From Cyanidioschyzon merolae (Eukaryota), in assembly GCA_000091205.1 (NCBI GenBank), contig AP006502.2: a DNA stretch of 64,000 bases, one strand, 5' to 3'. The notes beneath the pieces were generated by a model that was not told the origin of the DNA, made no database searches, and saw only the letters and a program-made list of their open reading frames with translations. Below, in pieces: positions 1-10,928 of this stretch; position 1 is the first letter of the stretch; the number at the start of each line of letters is the position of its first letter. Made by a program: the position numbers and the translations under genes.

Positions 1-211
1 CGCGCACCGGAGAGATCAGGCAGGCATGAGTTATGACGCGCTTGTCGCTGTTGAATGGAAACGCGATCCAAATCTTTATGATCTACCTGTAAAGTACACG
101 TTGTATTTGCATTGAAGTCGTAGCAAACTGTAGTTTCAGTTGAATCGTGTTTCAGCGCTCAAGTAAGAATATTCAAGTGCTTTTTCGCGGTTTATAGCAG
201 AAGCGTTCAAA

Positions 212-951
212 TTGTGTTCTTTCTCGAAAGAAACTAAAAAAAGAAAGTTATGGAAAAGCAAGTGGAAGATCCTCGAGGGCCGGTACCGCCGGCTGCCAGA
301 AGAAAAACAAAAAACAATATGGAGTCCAGAGGAACAGGAGAGGACGAAGAAGCAAAGGCAGAAGGCTCTACTTCAAAGGCTGCAAGAAAGACGACTGTAC
401 GACGAGATGGTGGTGAAAGCCTTTCTTCTTGGACATATCAGGTATCCGTACATACAAAAATTGCGAGAGGCCATCAGAAACCGTGTCGATTCATGCTCCA
501 AGAGTGTTCGCAAGGCTTCTTTAGGACTGATGCGTATGGCCGGGGATATATTCCGCGACGTGACGCACATGGAAACGGTCGAGATTCCGGACGAGTTTTT
601 CGATAAGACGTGTATAGGTCAGCTGATACTTGGTACAGAGGAATCGCGGAAGGAAAATGGGCTAGTCCATGGCCTCCACGAAAAAAACATCCCTTTTACA
701 GCTTCAACGGCGCTCGGTACAAGGGTGACCGGGATATTTACAGCTATGGGGCGATGAAGTACCTCACGAACCTGAAGAACCATTTGACAACGAACCTCGA
801 ACGTTTCATGATACGCGCCGTGTTTGCACTCTACCCGGGCATCTCGCGCAATGGGAAAGGGGCGATGATCAACGGCATCACGAAAGATCGCAGGCATGAA
901 GATGAGGTCGAATTCGTCGACAAGAAGGCATCAAACGCGTGCACGAATTAA
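212..951 (+). pseudogene. Element-borne ORF1 region (lysine-rich N-terminus KKRKLWKSKWK), split into two frames (212..757 and 610..951) at an A7 homopolymer (681-687). It is either decayed or expressed by a -1 frameshift or transcriptional slippage.
   Basis: Both frames are conserved at the amino-acid level in copies B (23089..23852, minus) and C (30635..31309, minus). A fused reading ...GLVHGLHEK|KHPFYSFNGARYKGDRD... would need A8. The product is not recognisable. Confidence 0.35.
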
Positions 952-1166
952 GCTTCTGTAATCCGTGCGGCTGTACAAGAGCACCGTGCGGTACTGGGGT
1001 TGGCGTATCCAACAGACAAGATATCAGAGTTGAAAGAAGATAAGGAAAGATACTATCGCCTCATCCTGCGATATTTCGTGTTTCTGGACTGTGAACTCGA
1101 ACGCAAGGCGGAAATGAAGCTGAGTGAGGAAAAAATGAAGAGTGGGAGAGACGGAAGGCTGTCCTG

Positions 1167-2477
1167 TTGGGGAAGCGCTTCAAGGTCGGTGCGTTATGCA
1201 ACATCAAGTCACATTTTGTGAGTATCGATTCCGGCGTCCTCTACGGCATCATGAGGGAGATCTGTTCGGAGTTCGATGTTAGCAGGGAGGAATTCTCCCG
1301 GGAAAACCGGGAGACGTACTGGAAGAACATCTTCGATTTCAAACGTCTCAAAATGAGCGAGCAAAAGTTATTCACTGGGGTGATTGAAACCGATGGAGTA
1401 GCCATGTGTGTACGCTATCGGCGGTTGAAGAAAGATCGGCCAGTTCCGCCCTCGGCTGCGCCCGTCACGAAGGATGAAGAAAAGGAGGAGGCTGGTCCTG
1501 TGGCGCAGGAGGTGCAGGATGACGATCTTGTCGTTGGCGCGGCGAAGCATGAAGATGAGAAGGAGGCGGATCCTGTGATGCAGGAGGTGCAGGATAACGC
1601 CTTTATGGTTGGCGCGGCGAAGCATGAAGAAACGAAGAAGGCGGGTCCTGCGGTGCAGAAAGTGCAGGAGAACGACTTTGTCGTTGGCGCGGACCCCGGA
1701 AACACAAAAAGCATAACTATCGCAGCACCGAAGCGTGCAGAAGATGGTACTGATGGTAACTTGCGTCAGAAGGACATGCGCCTTTTGAGGTGCTCGAGAG
1801 CAAGATACTATCGAGAATCAGGTGTAATGAATGCAAGGAAGAAAATTGAGGCTTGGAACGAAGGAATGAAGGATCACCTGGAAGCTTTAAGCGAGGTGAC
1901 TAGACGAGGAGCGGACTTTGAGGCTTTTCGGAAATTCATGGAAGTTCGTGTTGCCCATTGGGATGCGCTGTGGGAGGAGTATACCAAGCCCCGCTGGGCT
2001 CGTTTGCGAATGAATCTATACTGTGGGAAGCAGCAGGCGTTCGCGAATTTTTTTAATGAGTTGAGCGCCCTGAAGGAGGATGAAAGTCAGAGGCTCGTCG
2101 TAGCGTACGGAGCAGGGCGCTGGAAGATCCGAAAAGGGTGTACACCAGCTCCAACAACGAGAACGTACAAGGAGTGTGCACGGCGTTTTGTTACAGTATC
2201 GATAGTTGAGTTTCGAGCATCGTATACACACCATGAGCTGGGCTGTATACTTCAGAGAGTGGAGATGGAAAAGTGCCAACGGAGCCCTGAGGATATAGCA
2301 AAGTACGGACCACTGACGGAGGAGCAAATGGAAAGGAGGGCAAAAATTCGTGGACTACTTGCATTAGTAAGTGCAACTCCCAACGGCACGAAACGTATGG
2401 AATTTGTGAACCGTGACTTTAACGCCGCTATCAATATACGGAGATGTGCGGTACTGGAGAAGAGACCTCCATCATAG
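1167..2477 (+). CDS. TnpB/Fanzor-like RNA-guided RuvC endonuclease homolog (OMEGA-type, IS200/605 OrfB family), intact 436 aa
   Basis: RuvC-I-like VVGADPGNT with Asp176. C-terminal RuvC-III signature [16 protein letters not shown] with Asp417, as in TnpB DRDVNAAINI. Degenerate Zn-finger-like segment THHELGC...EKC lies between them. The gene is repeated in three element copies. Confidence 0.75.
   Translation: MGKRFKVGALCNIKSHFVSIDSGVLYGIMREICSEFDVSREEFSRENRETYWKNIFDFKRLKMSEQKLFTGVIETDGVAMCVRYRRLKKDRPVPPSAAPVTKDEEKEEAGPVAQEVQDDDLVVGAAKHEDEKEADPVMQEVQDNAFMVGAAKHEETKKAGPAVQKVQENDFVVGADPGNTKSITIAAPKRAEDGTDGNLRQKDMRLLRCSRARYYRESGVMNARKKIEAWNEGMKDHLEALSEVTRRGADFEAFRKFMEVRVAHWDALWEEYTKPRWARLRMNLYCGKQQAFANFFNELSALKEDESQRLVVAYGAGRWKIRKGCTPAPTTRTYKECARRFVTVSIVEFRASYTHHELGCILQRVEMEKCQRSPEDIAKYGPLTEEQMERRAKIRGLLALVSATPNGTKRMEFVNRDFNAAINIRRCAVLEKRPPS
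1470..1694 (+). repeat. In-frame 3 x 75-bp tandem repeat (25-aa units [21 protein letters not shown]). The third unit carries the RuvC-I Asp; units 1-2 end in GAA instead of GAD.
   Basis: The protein shows LVVGAAKHE / FMVGAAKHE / [10 protein letters not shown]. The antisense ORFs 1368..1625 and 1415..1714 are repeat artefacts. Confidence 0.8.
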
Positions 2478-2582
2478 ACAAGAGAGCACTTTATTGAACA
2501 ATCTGTCCAAGTCGAACTATATGAGAGAAAGTTGGAAGCAGTAGGAGGTGGCCGATCCAAGAAGGCGCGGAGGCATCTGCAC
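2478..2582 (+). ncRNA. Candidate omega-RNA (reRNA) scaffold at the element right end. The guide is expected from the flank immediately beyond 2582.
   Basis: A 105-nt segment between the nuclease stop codon and the point where homology is lost. It is conserved in copy B (21458..21561) and partly in copy C. The position matches where TnpB and Fanzor omega-RNAs are encoded. Confidence 0.35.
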
Positions 2583-2762
2583 AACTGTCGGAGATGATTT
2601 GTCCAAGGCGCGGTTGCCGCCACGACTGTCCACGCCCGACATCGTTCGAGTTTGAACAGCGTTTTGGAGGCGCGTAATCGATTCATTCGGTTCGCGTTGG
2701 AGCTTTTCGCGGCGTTTTCGTTTCGTGACTGCCGGACACGGGTTTTTGTGAGAAACAGCGAC

Positions 2763-2990
2763 ATGGCGTCACCAAAGAAGACTGCGACGAAAGCTGCTTC
2801 AGCACCGAAAAAGGCTGCGGCGAAAACGAAGGGCGAACGGAAACCAAACGCTTACCAAGAGTTTATGAAGGCAGAGAGTGCCAAGATTCGGGAGTACAAC
2901 AAAGCAAAAGGAATCGAAATGAGGCCACCTGATATTTTCAAGGAGTGTGCGAAGAGATGGAACGAGAAAAAGTCCAAGACAAAGGCGTAA
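2763..2990 (+). CDS. Small lysine-rich, HMG-box-like DNA-binding protein (75 aa)
   Basis: MASPKKTATKAASAPKKAAAKTKGERKPNAYQEFMKAE...AKRWNEKKSK. The P-x-AY-x-F ... W spacing resembles an HMG box, and the ends are basic. The gene lies 181 bp downstream of the copy A right end in the same orientation. Confidence 0.35.
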   Translation: MASPKKTATKAASAPKKAAAKTKGERKPNAYQEFMKAESAKIREYNKAKGIEMRPPDIFKECAKRWNEKKSKTKA

Positions 2991-3003
2991 AGGCTCTGGA
3001 CTT

Positions 3004-3388
3004 GCGCGGTGGTGACGGTACTGGTGCTGGCGGCAGCGGGTCGTGCAGCTTGTAGTTCATAGTCGGTGACCTGGACGTTGACGGAGCGGTGGTTATGGTG
3101 GCAGTGCTCGTGGTTGAGCTCGGCCCGTTACCCGCCAACGCGCTGAGGGGTCAAAAAGCAATCGGGGCTGTCGGCGTGTCACCGTTACAAAGCTCTGCTG
3201 TTGCAGGATGCGTTTTCCCTCGCCAGTTTGGACAAGAAGCTGCCCTCATTTCGGGGCGCTGGAACCAGTGCGAGGCAGCGCCGAGGCCAGGAGCATATGT
3301 CGGGGACGTTCACAGAGCTGGTTTCGATTGAGGTTGTGACGGTTGTGGTGGTTATGGTGCTGGTGCTGGTGCTGGTCGTGGTGGAACT
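3004..3388. repeat. Imperfect GTG/GCT/GGT-rich microsatellite cluster (e.g. 3333-3388 gttgtgacggttgtggtggttatggtgctggtgctggtgctggtcgtggtgg)
   Basis: Direct reading of the sequence. It produces spurious poly-Val and poly-Thr ORFs on both strands. Confidence 0.7.
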
Positions 3389-4686
3389 GTCAGGTTCGTG
3401 GAGGAATTTACTGGAAAATAAAAAATGGCAACATAAGATCCCGTATGTGTCTTTCAAGTCTTTCGATTCGGCTCTAACAGTGCTGTGTCTCCTCGGTGCA
3501 GTTTTCGCTGATGACGTAGATCCCTGAAACGCGCTGCAGAGGCCGTGGCGTTGCAGGCCTGCGACCCACTAGGTAGCATCTGTGTGTCGTCCATCGTGAT
3601 GCTTCCCTCGCTGCCAGAGACCATACCTTCCAGAGTGGACGCGATGAAGAGAGCGACGTGTGAGCGTGCGCAACTCTTGGGCTGTCAGCATTTTTGGTGT
3701 GTGAAAGTGTCAACCAGGCTCCCGGGTGAGGAAAATCTCTAAAATTGGTATTTCTTCCAGCAGAGGACACCCCAATCTGAGCTCCCTCACTGAACAGGAG
3801 ATTGACAGTGGCACGTGTGATACGGCTTTGCGGCCCTGGGTATCGGAGCACAAAATAGCTGCAACTCCTCGGCGTGCTTTTCCAGTGTGGGATTGATGCA
3901 TCGAAACTGGGTCCATCGGATGCGCGACGGCAACTCGTAACCAGGAGGCGATCTCAGTACCTCTTTAGACGAGTCAACATTCCGATGATCCCAGACCGGA
4001 CTTGCCGTCGAGAGTAGGCGCTTGATCGTTCCCGTGGCTCGCCAGGTGCCAAGCATACCGCGAGCGCTTCGCAGCGCTTGGCGCTCGCGGACCCGGTCGT
4101 CAACCGGATATGCCATGCGCCGGGGCATTTTTCCGCCGCGTGTCTGTTAACCACGGATAAGAGAGCGATATTTCGCCAATCGGAATGCATTGATTCATGG
4201 GCAAAGTAGATCGTTGCGTTTCTATGGATGATAGTGGTCGAGATCGGTCAGAGCTCCGCACGGACCGCGATCGATCGCTCCGATCAGCAAAGCGTGTTTG
4301 GAAGCCGGATCGTTGCCTCGGATCAAGCAATGCCCGATTCGATGATGTTTATTTCCGTCTTTAGACCAGAAAAGTGATGCTTGGAGAACCGCGGGGCTCC
4401 TGCGAAACATCGCGCGCTCGTTGTATAGGTAACCGCATAGGCACAGTGCTCTCAACCAAAGCTACGTGAAAATCATTCCGAAGCTCATGATGCCGCGCCC
4501 GGGGTTGCCGAGCTGCTGCGAAGTATGCCCTCTGCGGCAGACAATGGACAGTACAGCGTGACGACTCACCTGTAGTACGCCCAGCCGTATGGCGTCGTCT
4601 AAACTGGACTCTAGGATAACCAAAATTGGCCGCGTATAAGGAGAGCCTTACATCCGTGTCGTCATGCTCAGCTAGATGAAAACATT

Positions 4687-5673
4687 CTAGCCGTCAGGCC
4701 TGCGATGCAGCTCTGGATCAGCATCCGATACCGCTTGAAGGGATGATGGCGTCAAAGATTCCAGTTTCCGCAGTCGTCTTTGATGACCATTCGAAATCCT
4801 CTCTAGGATAGAATCGATCTGGTCAACTTCTTGGTCGCTTTCAGAACAAGCGTCCGCATCGCAAGCACGCATGATATGTCGACGACGACTCGATGCTGCG
4901 GATGCCAGGTCCCGGGCAGAGGCTCTTGATGACTCGCTGCTACTGCTTACGCTGGTGCTGACGCTGCAGACCTCACGGGCATGCCGCAGTCTCTGGCGTG
5001 TCCCCGCTGCACTTGAAGCGGAGATAGGACACGTCATGTGTGCTTCGTCTCGCGTGCTCGGCGTTGAAGCACAACTTGCGACAGACCTCGTCTCGAGAGC
5101 GTCTTCTTCGGCGAGTGCGGGTACTTCATGCTGCAGCTCGACACTTGTCGGGTCTCCAAAGCGCCCGTCCGGACAAGCGGTACCCACGTCCACGGCTTCA
5201 ACGTATTGCAGTACCGTACGCACTGGCAGCGATTCGATCTCAGCGATAAACTCTGCAAGCGACAGGCCAGGTGCGAAGCTCCTTTGCCAGTCTCGGAGCA
5301 ACCACAACAGCTCAAATAAGAAATATTCCACCTGCTCGTCGTTTTCAACGTTCAGTGCGCTGTCTTGGTGCAGCTGGTGCGTTGTGGCGAACCGAGCGGC
5401 CCGATGAAACAGAGCCGGAAGTCCGTCAGGGCCAGCAAGCAGCTCTGTCAGTTTCGCACGCGAGACAGCCAATGCGTTGCTTGGTCTCCCTGCCACACTG
5501 TTTGTTTTACGTTCTGAAAGTGTCTTCGCGGCACTCTGCACCATATTGCAAGGTAGCAGCGCCGAGCAACGTTTGCGCTTGAGCGGCAGCTCCCAGAAGT
5601 GACACTCAGGTTTACAGAAACAGAGGGCGCTTTGCACGCACACGCACGGATAAATACGCACGCAGACACGCAC
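4687..5673 (-). CDS. Hypothetical Ser/Arg-rich protein with no recognisable domain. The true start may be the internal Met, MVQSAAKTL.
   Basis: A 328-aa ORF. The antisense ORF 4871..5407 overlaps it. Low-complexity Ser/Ala tail. Confidence 0.2.
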   Translation of the reverse strand: MRVCVRIYPCVCVQSALCFCKPECHFWELPLKRKRCSALLPCNMVQSAAKTLSERKTNSVAGRPSNALAVSRAKLTELLAGPDGLPALFHRAARFATTHQLHQDSALNVENDEQVEYFLFELLWLLRDWQRSFAPGLSLAEFIAEIESLPVRTVLQYVEAVDVGTACPDGRFGDPTSVELQHEVPALAEEDALETRSVASCASTPSTRDEAHMTCPISASSAAGTRQRLRHAREVCSVSTSVSSSSESSRASARDLASAASSRRRHIMRACDADACSESDQEVDQIDSILERISNGHQRRLRKLESLTPSSLQAVSDADPELHRRPDG

Positions 5674-5695
5674 GAAATAAACTCAGACACGCAAA
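5628..5695. repeat. CA/CACG-rich simple repeat (cacgcacacgcacgg...cacgcagacacgcacg...)
   Basis: Direct reading of the sequence. Confidence 0.7.
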
Positions 5696-7149
5696 CAGAA
5701 ACTTGGCGCCACGAAACGAATGCATCAGCGCCACGATCGCTTCGGCGCAATCGGCGATGGGCGCGCTGGTGCACTCGCTGGCATCTGTGCAGCGCGATCC
5801 GTCGCTTACCGGGTTCGTTAAAGGTAACGCGCAGCTGGTGGATGTAGTTCAGTTCATGGGTCTGAATGCTGACGAAAATTGTGCATTTCCAGGTCACTGG
5901 ATTTGTGTCGTGAGACCGCTGCATGTAGAAGCGGGTTGTTCATTCACGGCATCAAAAGCTCGTTGTGTGGTGAGTCGTTTTGCGCATTCAGCCTCGAAGT
6001 GTACGCTCGAATCGGCAACGGTCTGAGAAACATTTTGAGCTATGGGTGGACTCCAAAATCAGGCCAAGCAAAGTGTTTCTCTTCAAACGGGCATGCTGAG
6101 GCGCCATCACGAGCCTTCATAGGAGAGCCTCAAGTCGGGTACCGCGAGTAGAAGCCATGGAGATTTAGCGCGTTATTTTGGCTCTAGTCAGTGACGTGGA
6201 TTGAATGAAACAGCGCTTTCGTTCAACAATTCCCATGAAAAACAGCTCCCAGTGGAAACATATAGATCGCGCTTTAGCTCTGGAGTACTGGTGAAACGCG
6301 CGGTACCATGGCTAGCTGCAGGCGCGAATCGAATCCTCTGTCGACCGGACGCTGGTTATTTTCATCAAAAGTCTGCAGCGTTTCAGGAAATGATCCATAT
6401 GGAGCACTCAACGACTCATCGGGATGTTCGTTCGTCCGTTCGTTCGCTCGAGCCAATACCGCTGAACGCTCCGGAAGCATGGGACATACCCGAATGGTCA
6501 TCGAGGCGATCGAGTCGCGGTCTACAAACTGCCTGCGCCCATTGTTGGCAGTAGAATCACACCAGAGTATGCTTCTCATTTTCGATTACCTCGCCATCGG
6601 TCGTGAAGTCAGCTTACCGTACACAATCCCGTGCATCTGACTCCGCCTCACGCTCTTCTTCTCTAACAGTTTTTGTTTGCGCCCGAGCTCGTGATGCGTT
6701 CACGTCGTCCTGAACATATCCATGGGTGTGGTTTCAGAATCGATTCATGGTTTATCATATGCTGTCGTTCAAGAAGCAGGCGTGCAGCCTTTTTGCGCCA
6801 CAGCACGTCCAGCGCCATTGGCTACCATCAAGCGACGTTACGCATCGGTCATTTGCGTTCCCAGCTCTTGGATCGAGCAGTCGAATGGACGCTTCCTGCC
6901 TCCGCACAACCGAAGCGGTAGACGATGCTTGTGCGATCCGAGGAACTGCCACAGGTCGTCTGCACAAGCCATTTGGACGATGACGTACGCTCCCTTCATG
7001 AAGCGTGCCGCGCGTGTCGCTTTGCTCGAAAAGGTGCTCAGGGCGTCGAAGTCGAACTCCAAGTCGCGACGCCGACCTTTCATTTGTTAGGGCGCTTCCT
7101 GCCGTCGATGAAGCCCTGCTCTCGATCATGTAGAGCGCTGGAAATGCTG

Positions 7150-7170
7150 AGCAGCAGCAGCAGCAGCAGC
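7150..7170. repeat. (AGC)7 trinucleotide microsatellite
   Basis: agcagcagcagcagcagcagc. Confidence 0.9.
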
Positions 7171-9485
7171 ATCTGCTTCCTGTTCCTGCCTTTCGTGTCG
7201 TTCTCTAGAATAGGAGTTGCGGCGACGGTCATGGTGTCGTTCAACTCGATTTGGATGTCCACCACAAACTCCCTCTGGTCACGCATGTTGAGCGGGTGAA
7301 AAAGAGTCTTGTTTGTCGACTAAAGCCTTGGTATCACAGAACGCACGCACATGGGTACTCCGTCCGTCTCCGTTGTCCCCAGAGACTTTCTTCGGTACCC
7401 TTCAAGAACTCCAGAAATCGTGAACGAGCCCCGCCAGTGCTCTGCTCGGAGTTCCCCGAATGCTCTAAACTTGCGCGGAGCAACTAGCGGGAGCTAAATG
7501 AGCAGGCCATACAGTACAGCACACAAGCGTCTACGTTAGTGTGATGAGCCTTTATCTAAAATGTGCGAGCAGCATCGAACACATGCTCGGGGAGGCTAAG
7601 GTGCTCGGTTTCGTAAACGGAGTCAGCCTTTCTCTGGAGGGCGCTTCACTGGAATACGAAGTAGCGCAAGATGGAAGCAAGGCGGGCATCACGTTCCAAT
7701 CATCCCTCGGATACAGTGTCCATTTGGCCGAGCCCGAGTTGAACGAGCTGAGCTTGCAGCATCTGAAACGACTCTCGCTCTCGTTGCGACATCTCTTCCG
7801 AACTCGCGAAAATCTCGAGCTCGTCGGTCACCAGCAACGCATTTGTCTCCATCGGCAGCCCAGTGATGTTTTCCATTAGGATCCACTTTATTGGGCTAGA
7901 ATGGTGAGGCTAAAACGCGCACATGGTGCTCTTTTTGGAGTGTTTGAGATTGGCCTTCATATGATGTTTGAGGTCGGATCGACTTTTTCCTGGTACCTGG
8001 AGAGCGTTTCTTCCAGTCTCTGATCCCACTATCAGGCTGCACTGCATCTTCTGTGCCGAGCATCAGAGGTGCTGTTGCACGACGGTTTGGTCGACGCGTT
8101 CCAGAAGAATGTGAGCAGCTGTCAGCCCTGCATCGGAAACGAGTTTGAACCTACGCTTGACGAGGTGCAGCCAGGCGACTGAGGCTAGACGAGACATGCT
8201 CGAATCAGTAGCCACGAACATCTCTGTGGCATTCTACATCTTTCAGCCTCACGGATGCGAACGAATCGTCTATTGATCCGTAAGCGTAAAAATGACGGTA
8301 GATTGTAAAGAAGACGCTTTGGAGCAGACTGAACCGGGAAGAAGAAGTTCACACGAGGAGCAACACAGCGTAAATCTCAGCTGGGTACGTCTTGATAATA
8401 CTCGAGCGATGGAAAGTGGCATTCTCCAGGAGCAGAGCAAAACAGTTTGGCACGGGAAAGCCAAGAATTGTGCTTCGACGAAGGATATACTTTGAACAAT
8501 CCTGCTTTTTTTGCGATTTGTGATCGACCGCACGATTGCGTTGCTACAGCGGCTGATGTTGTCGTCGTTCTCGCTTGTCTCTTATGTACGCATACCGATT
8601 TTTCTTCTTTGAATACCCATATATAGACCCACCATTTATCCCAAATAGGGGGTCTTGTCAAGTGAGATGAACGCCAGCCACTCCTGCGATAAATGTACTC
8701 TTTTTCGTACGAAATCGACAATGCGTTGTTGAACACACAGGATTCTGGAATGGATGCGCAGTTTTTTGTCCATGCCCGTCCATAGCTCTTCATACCTGTT
8801 CGTGTCGACGCTATAAAAAGCTCATTTGCTGCTGCCTCATCTTGAGTATTTCGTAAAGAAACCTATGGAATAAGATCGATTGACATGTACAGTCGAGTCC
8901 ATAGAATTTGAAATGTTCTATTTCTGGGTGCGCTGTGTTCAGGTAAAGCACGACCCCGAGCGTGACTCATCCACCTGCAGGCCGTAGAATGACGAACTCG
9001 TAGAAGCACAACTGTTTTCCTGCAGCTGTCAGCGACAGCATCCAGTCTTTCAACGATGTTTCCCCACTTTCCAGGAAATACTTCTTTTGTTGAATACGTG
9101 CAAGAAAATCGAGTAAAAACGAAACATGGCATGCTTTAACAGGTATTTCAGAATCTACCGCTCCGCGTACCATGCTCTTCATCGACGACACCCGAGACTT
9201 ACTCGCGAAACGAACCCACCACCGAAAGGCCTATGCAGAAACGCCACACATGGATCAAACCGCACGCTCCGGGGAACGTCGGGCAGTTGCATTGGCGGAA
9301 CGCACACGAGCGTCGATAGAAGGACTCGAGTGTCTTCTCGCTGGTTACTGGGAGCGTGCTGTCGTTCGTCGGACTCGGGCCGTTCCTATTAATTCTTCTT
9401 CAGGAACAGTCCATTCATAAGTGATCCGAGCAACTCAATCGCTGCGTCGACCTCTTGAGTGTCGTTGAAACTTGCGCACTGTGCG

Positions 9486-9881
9486 ATGGCGAACAAGCCT
9501 CAATGGGAGCTGCTCGCCGAGGCGTTTGTCAACCACTACTACTCCGTGTTCGATACGGATCGTACTCAACTAGCAGCGCTTTACCGCGAAGTTTCGATGT
9601 TGACGTTTGAAGGCAACGCGTGCATGGGCGCGAGCGCGATCACCGAGAAGCTGGTGTCGCTCCCGTTTCAAAAAGTGCGCCACCAGGTTGTCACGTGCGA
9701 TGCGCAACCAGTTTTGCCGGAAAGTTTAAACGGGGTGCTGGTGTTCGTCAACGGCGACCTGACAGTGGATGACAGTAACCAGCCGATCAAGTTCGCCCAG
9801 GTATTTCATTTGTTACCGGATCAGGGCAACCCTGGAATGTTCTGGGTATACAACGACTTGTTTCGATTAAACTATGGATAG
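9486..9881 (+). CDS. NTF2: Nuclear transport factor 2
   Basis: MANKPQWELLAEAFVNHYYSVFDTDRTQLAALY...SLPFQKVRHQVVTCDAQP...NDLFRLNYG matches the NTF2 fold and its canonical sequence along the full length. The start is the second Met of ORF 9459..9881. Confidence 0.85.
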   Translation: MANKPQWELLAEAFVNHYYSVFDTDRTQLAALYREVSMLTFEGNACMGASAITEKLVSLPFQKVRHQVVTCDAQPVLPESLNGVLVFVNGDLTVDDSNQPIKFAQVFHLLPDQGNPGMFWVYNDLFRLNYG

Positions 9882-10928
9882 GTTCTGAGTGAGATTTCCC
9901 CATGGCTTACCATGATGCGCATTCCTGCGTGGAACGAACGGCTCTCAGCTGTGCGCATACGCCCGGGAGGAGTTGCCAAGTCCGGGTATTGCGATACGCA
10001 CAAGGCACACCAGACGGTATCTGGAGAGCGCTGGCGCACCTGCTGAAACTTTCCACCCGGACTCACCTATACAGACGACGCTGGGTGTGAATGTATGCAT
10101 GCCATATAACCAGGGTGGATGGGAGCTGCCCTGTGCAACCTGCAACGCTTTCGGACGCCTCAGGCTCTGTGTGCCGCCACCTAGATGTCACGCCCTCGCG
10201 TTGCTCGTCCGAATCGAGAAGGGCTTGCGTCGAACAATGCAAACGCGTCTGGGGTGACTCGGGTCCCTGCACATGCGCATGTTTTCGCACAGCATCCAGT
10301 ATTCGTTGCACCGACGAGTCTCGTCAATGGGACCTGCGGGGTGCCACGCACGCATCTATACGAAGGTCAACGCCTATTTGGAGATACAGGCCGTAGACTG
10401 CTCTTTGACGCCTCTTTAACCGAACTTCTTAGTGTGCGTTCCTTGGCCAGGCGTTGCCGGCAGCAAAGCACAGCTGGTGTTGGTGTTATTTTCGGAAGGA
10501 ACACTCTAGGACGACCTTTCTTATTGCTATGCATGCCCATGCGCCCTTGGGCAAAACAATTCAATACATCGTTCCGTTCAACTGCAACGGCGCGAGCGTG
10601 GGGCATCATCAGCGTTCGTGTATACCACGGCACTGGGCTTGGGCCTGCTCAGATACATAGCTATACGGTGAGACTCGAGCGAAACGGAAAGCGTCAGCGG
10701 CGTGGCGTCCCCGGTGTCTATTTCGGAACCGCGTCACAAGCAGTCATCATCTGTTTCTATGAGCAAATTCATGCACGAGGAAACGCACGGGAGACCACAT
10801 GCATGAGCGAGCGCATTGGCAAGCACACTCATGAGCGAGTTCCACGGCAAGTAAACTAGGTTGTCACCATCCGACTGCTACATATTTCGAACATGTATCC
10901 AAGGAAGCCGAGATGGAACGTGCAGCTG

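Larger units (their letters stand above)
1..2582 (+). mobile_element. Fanzor/TnpB-family element, copy A (left end truncated by window edge; right end sharply defined at 2582 by loss of homology with copies B and C)
   Basis: Positions 1-2582 align (about 85-96% nt identity) with the reverse complement of 21458-24083 and more distantly with 29348-31768. Homology to copy B stops exactly after ...ggaggcatctgcac at 2582. Confidence 0.75.

Noticed and set aside
212-951. Element ORF1 as an IS200/605 TnpA (Y1 HUH transposase)
   Set aside because: There is no His-hydrophobic-His motif or catalytic Tyr pattern and the size is wrong. ORF1 remains of unknown function and is possibly decayed.
1368-1714. 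Long antisense ORFs (85 and 99 aa) opposite the nuclease gene
   Set aside because: They are created by the 75-bp tandem repeat. The same artefacts appear opposite copy B (22081..22830, 22319..22624).
3201-3527. 108-aa ORF with a poly-Val/Leu segment
   Set aside because: It is a translation of the GTG/GCT microsatellite and has no domain. The same applies to 3185..3457 (-), which is poly-Thr.
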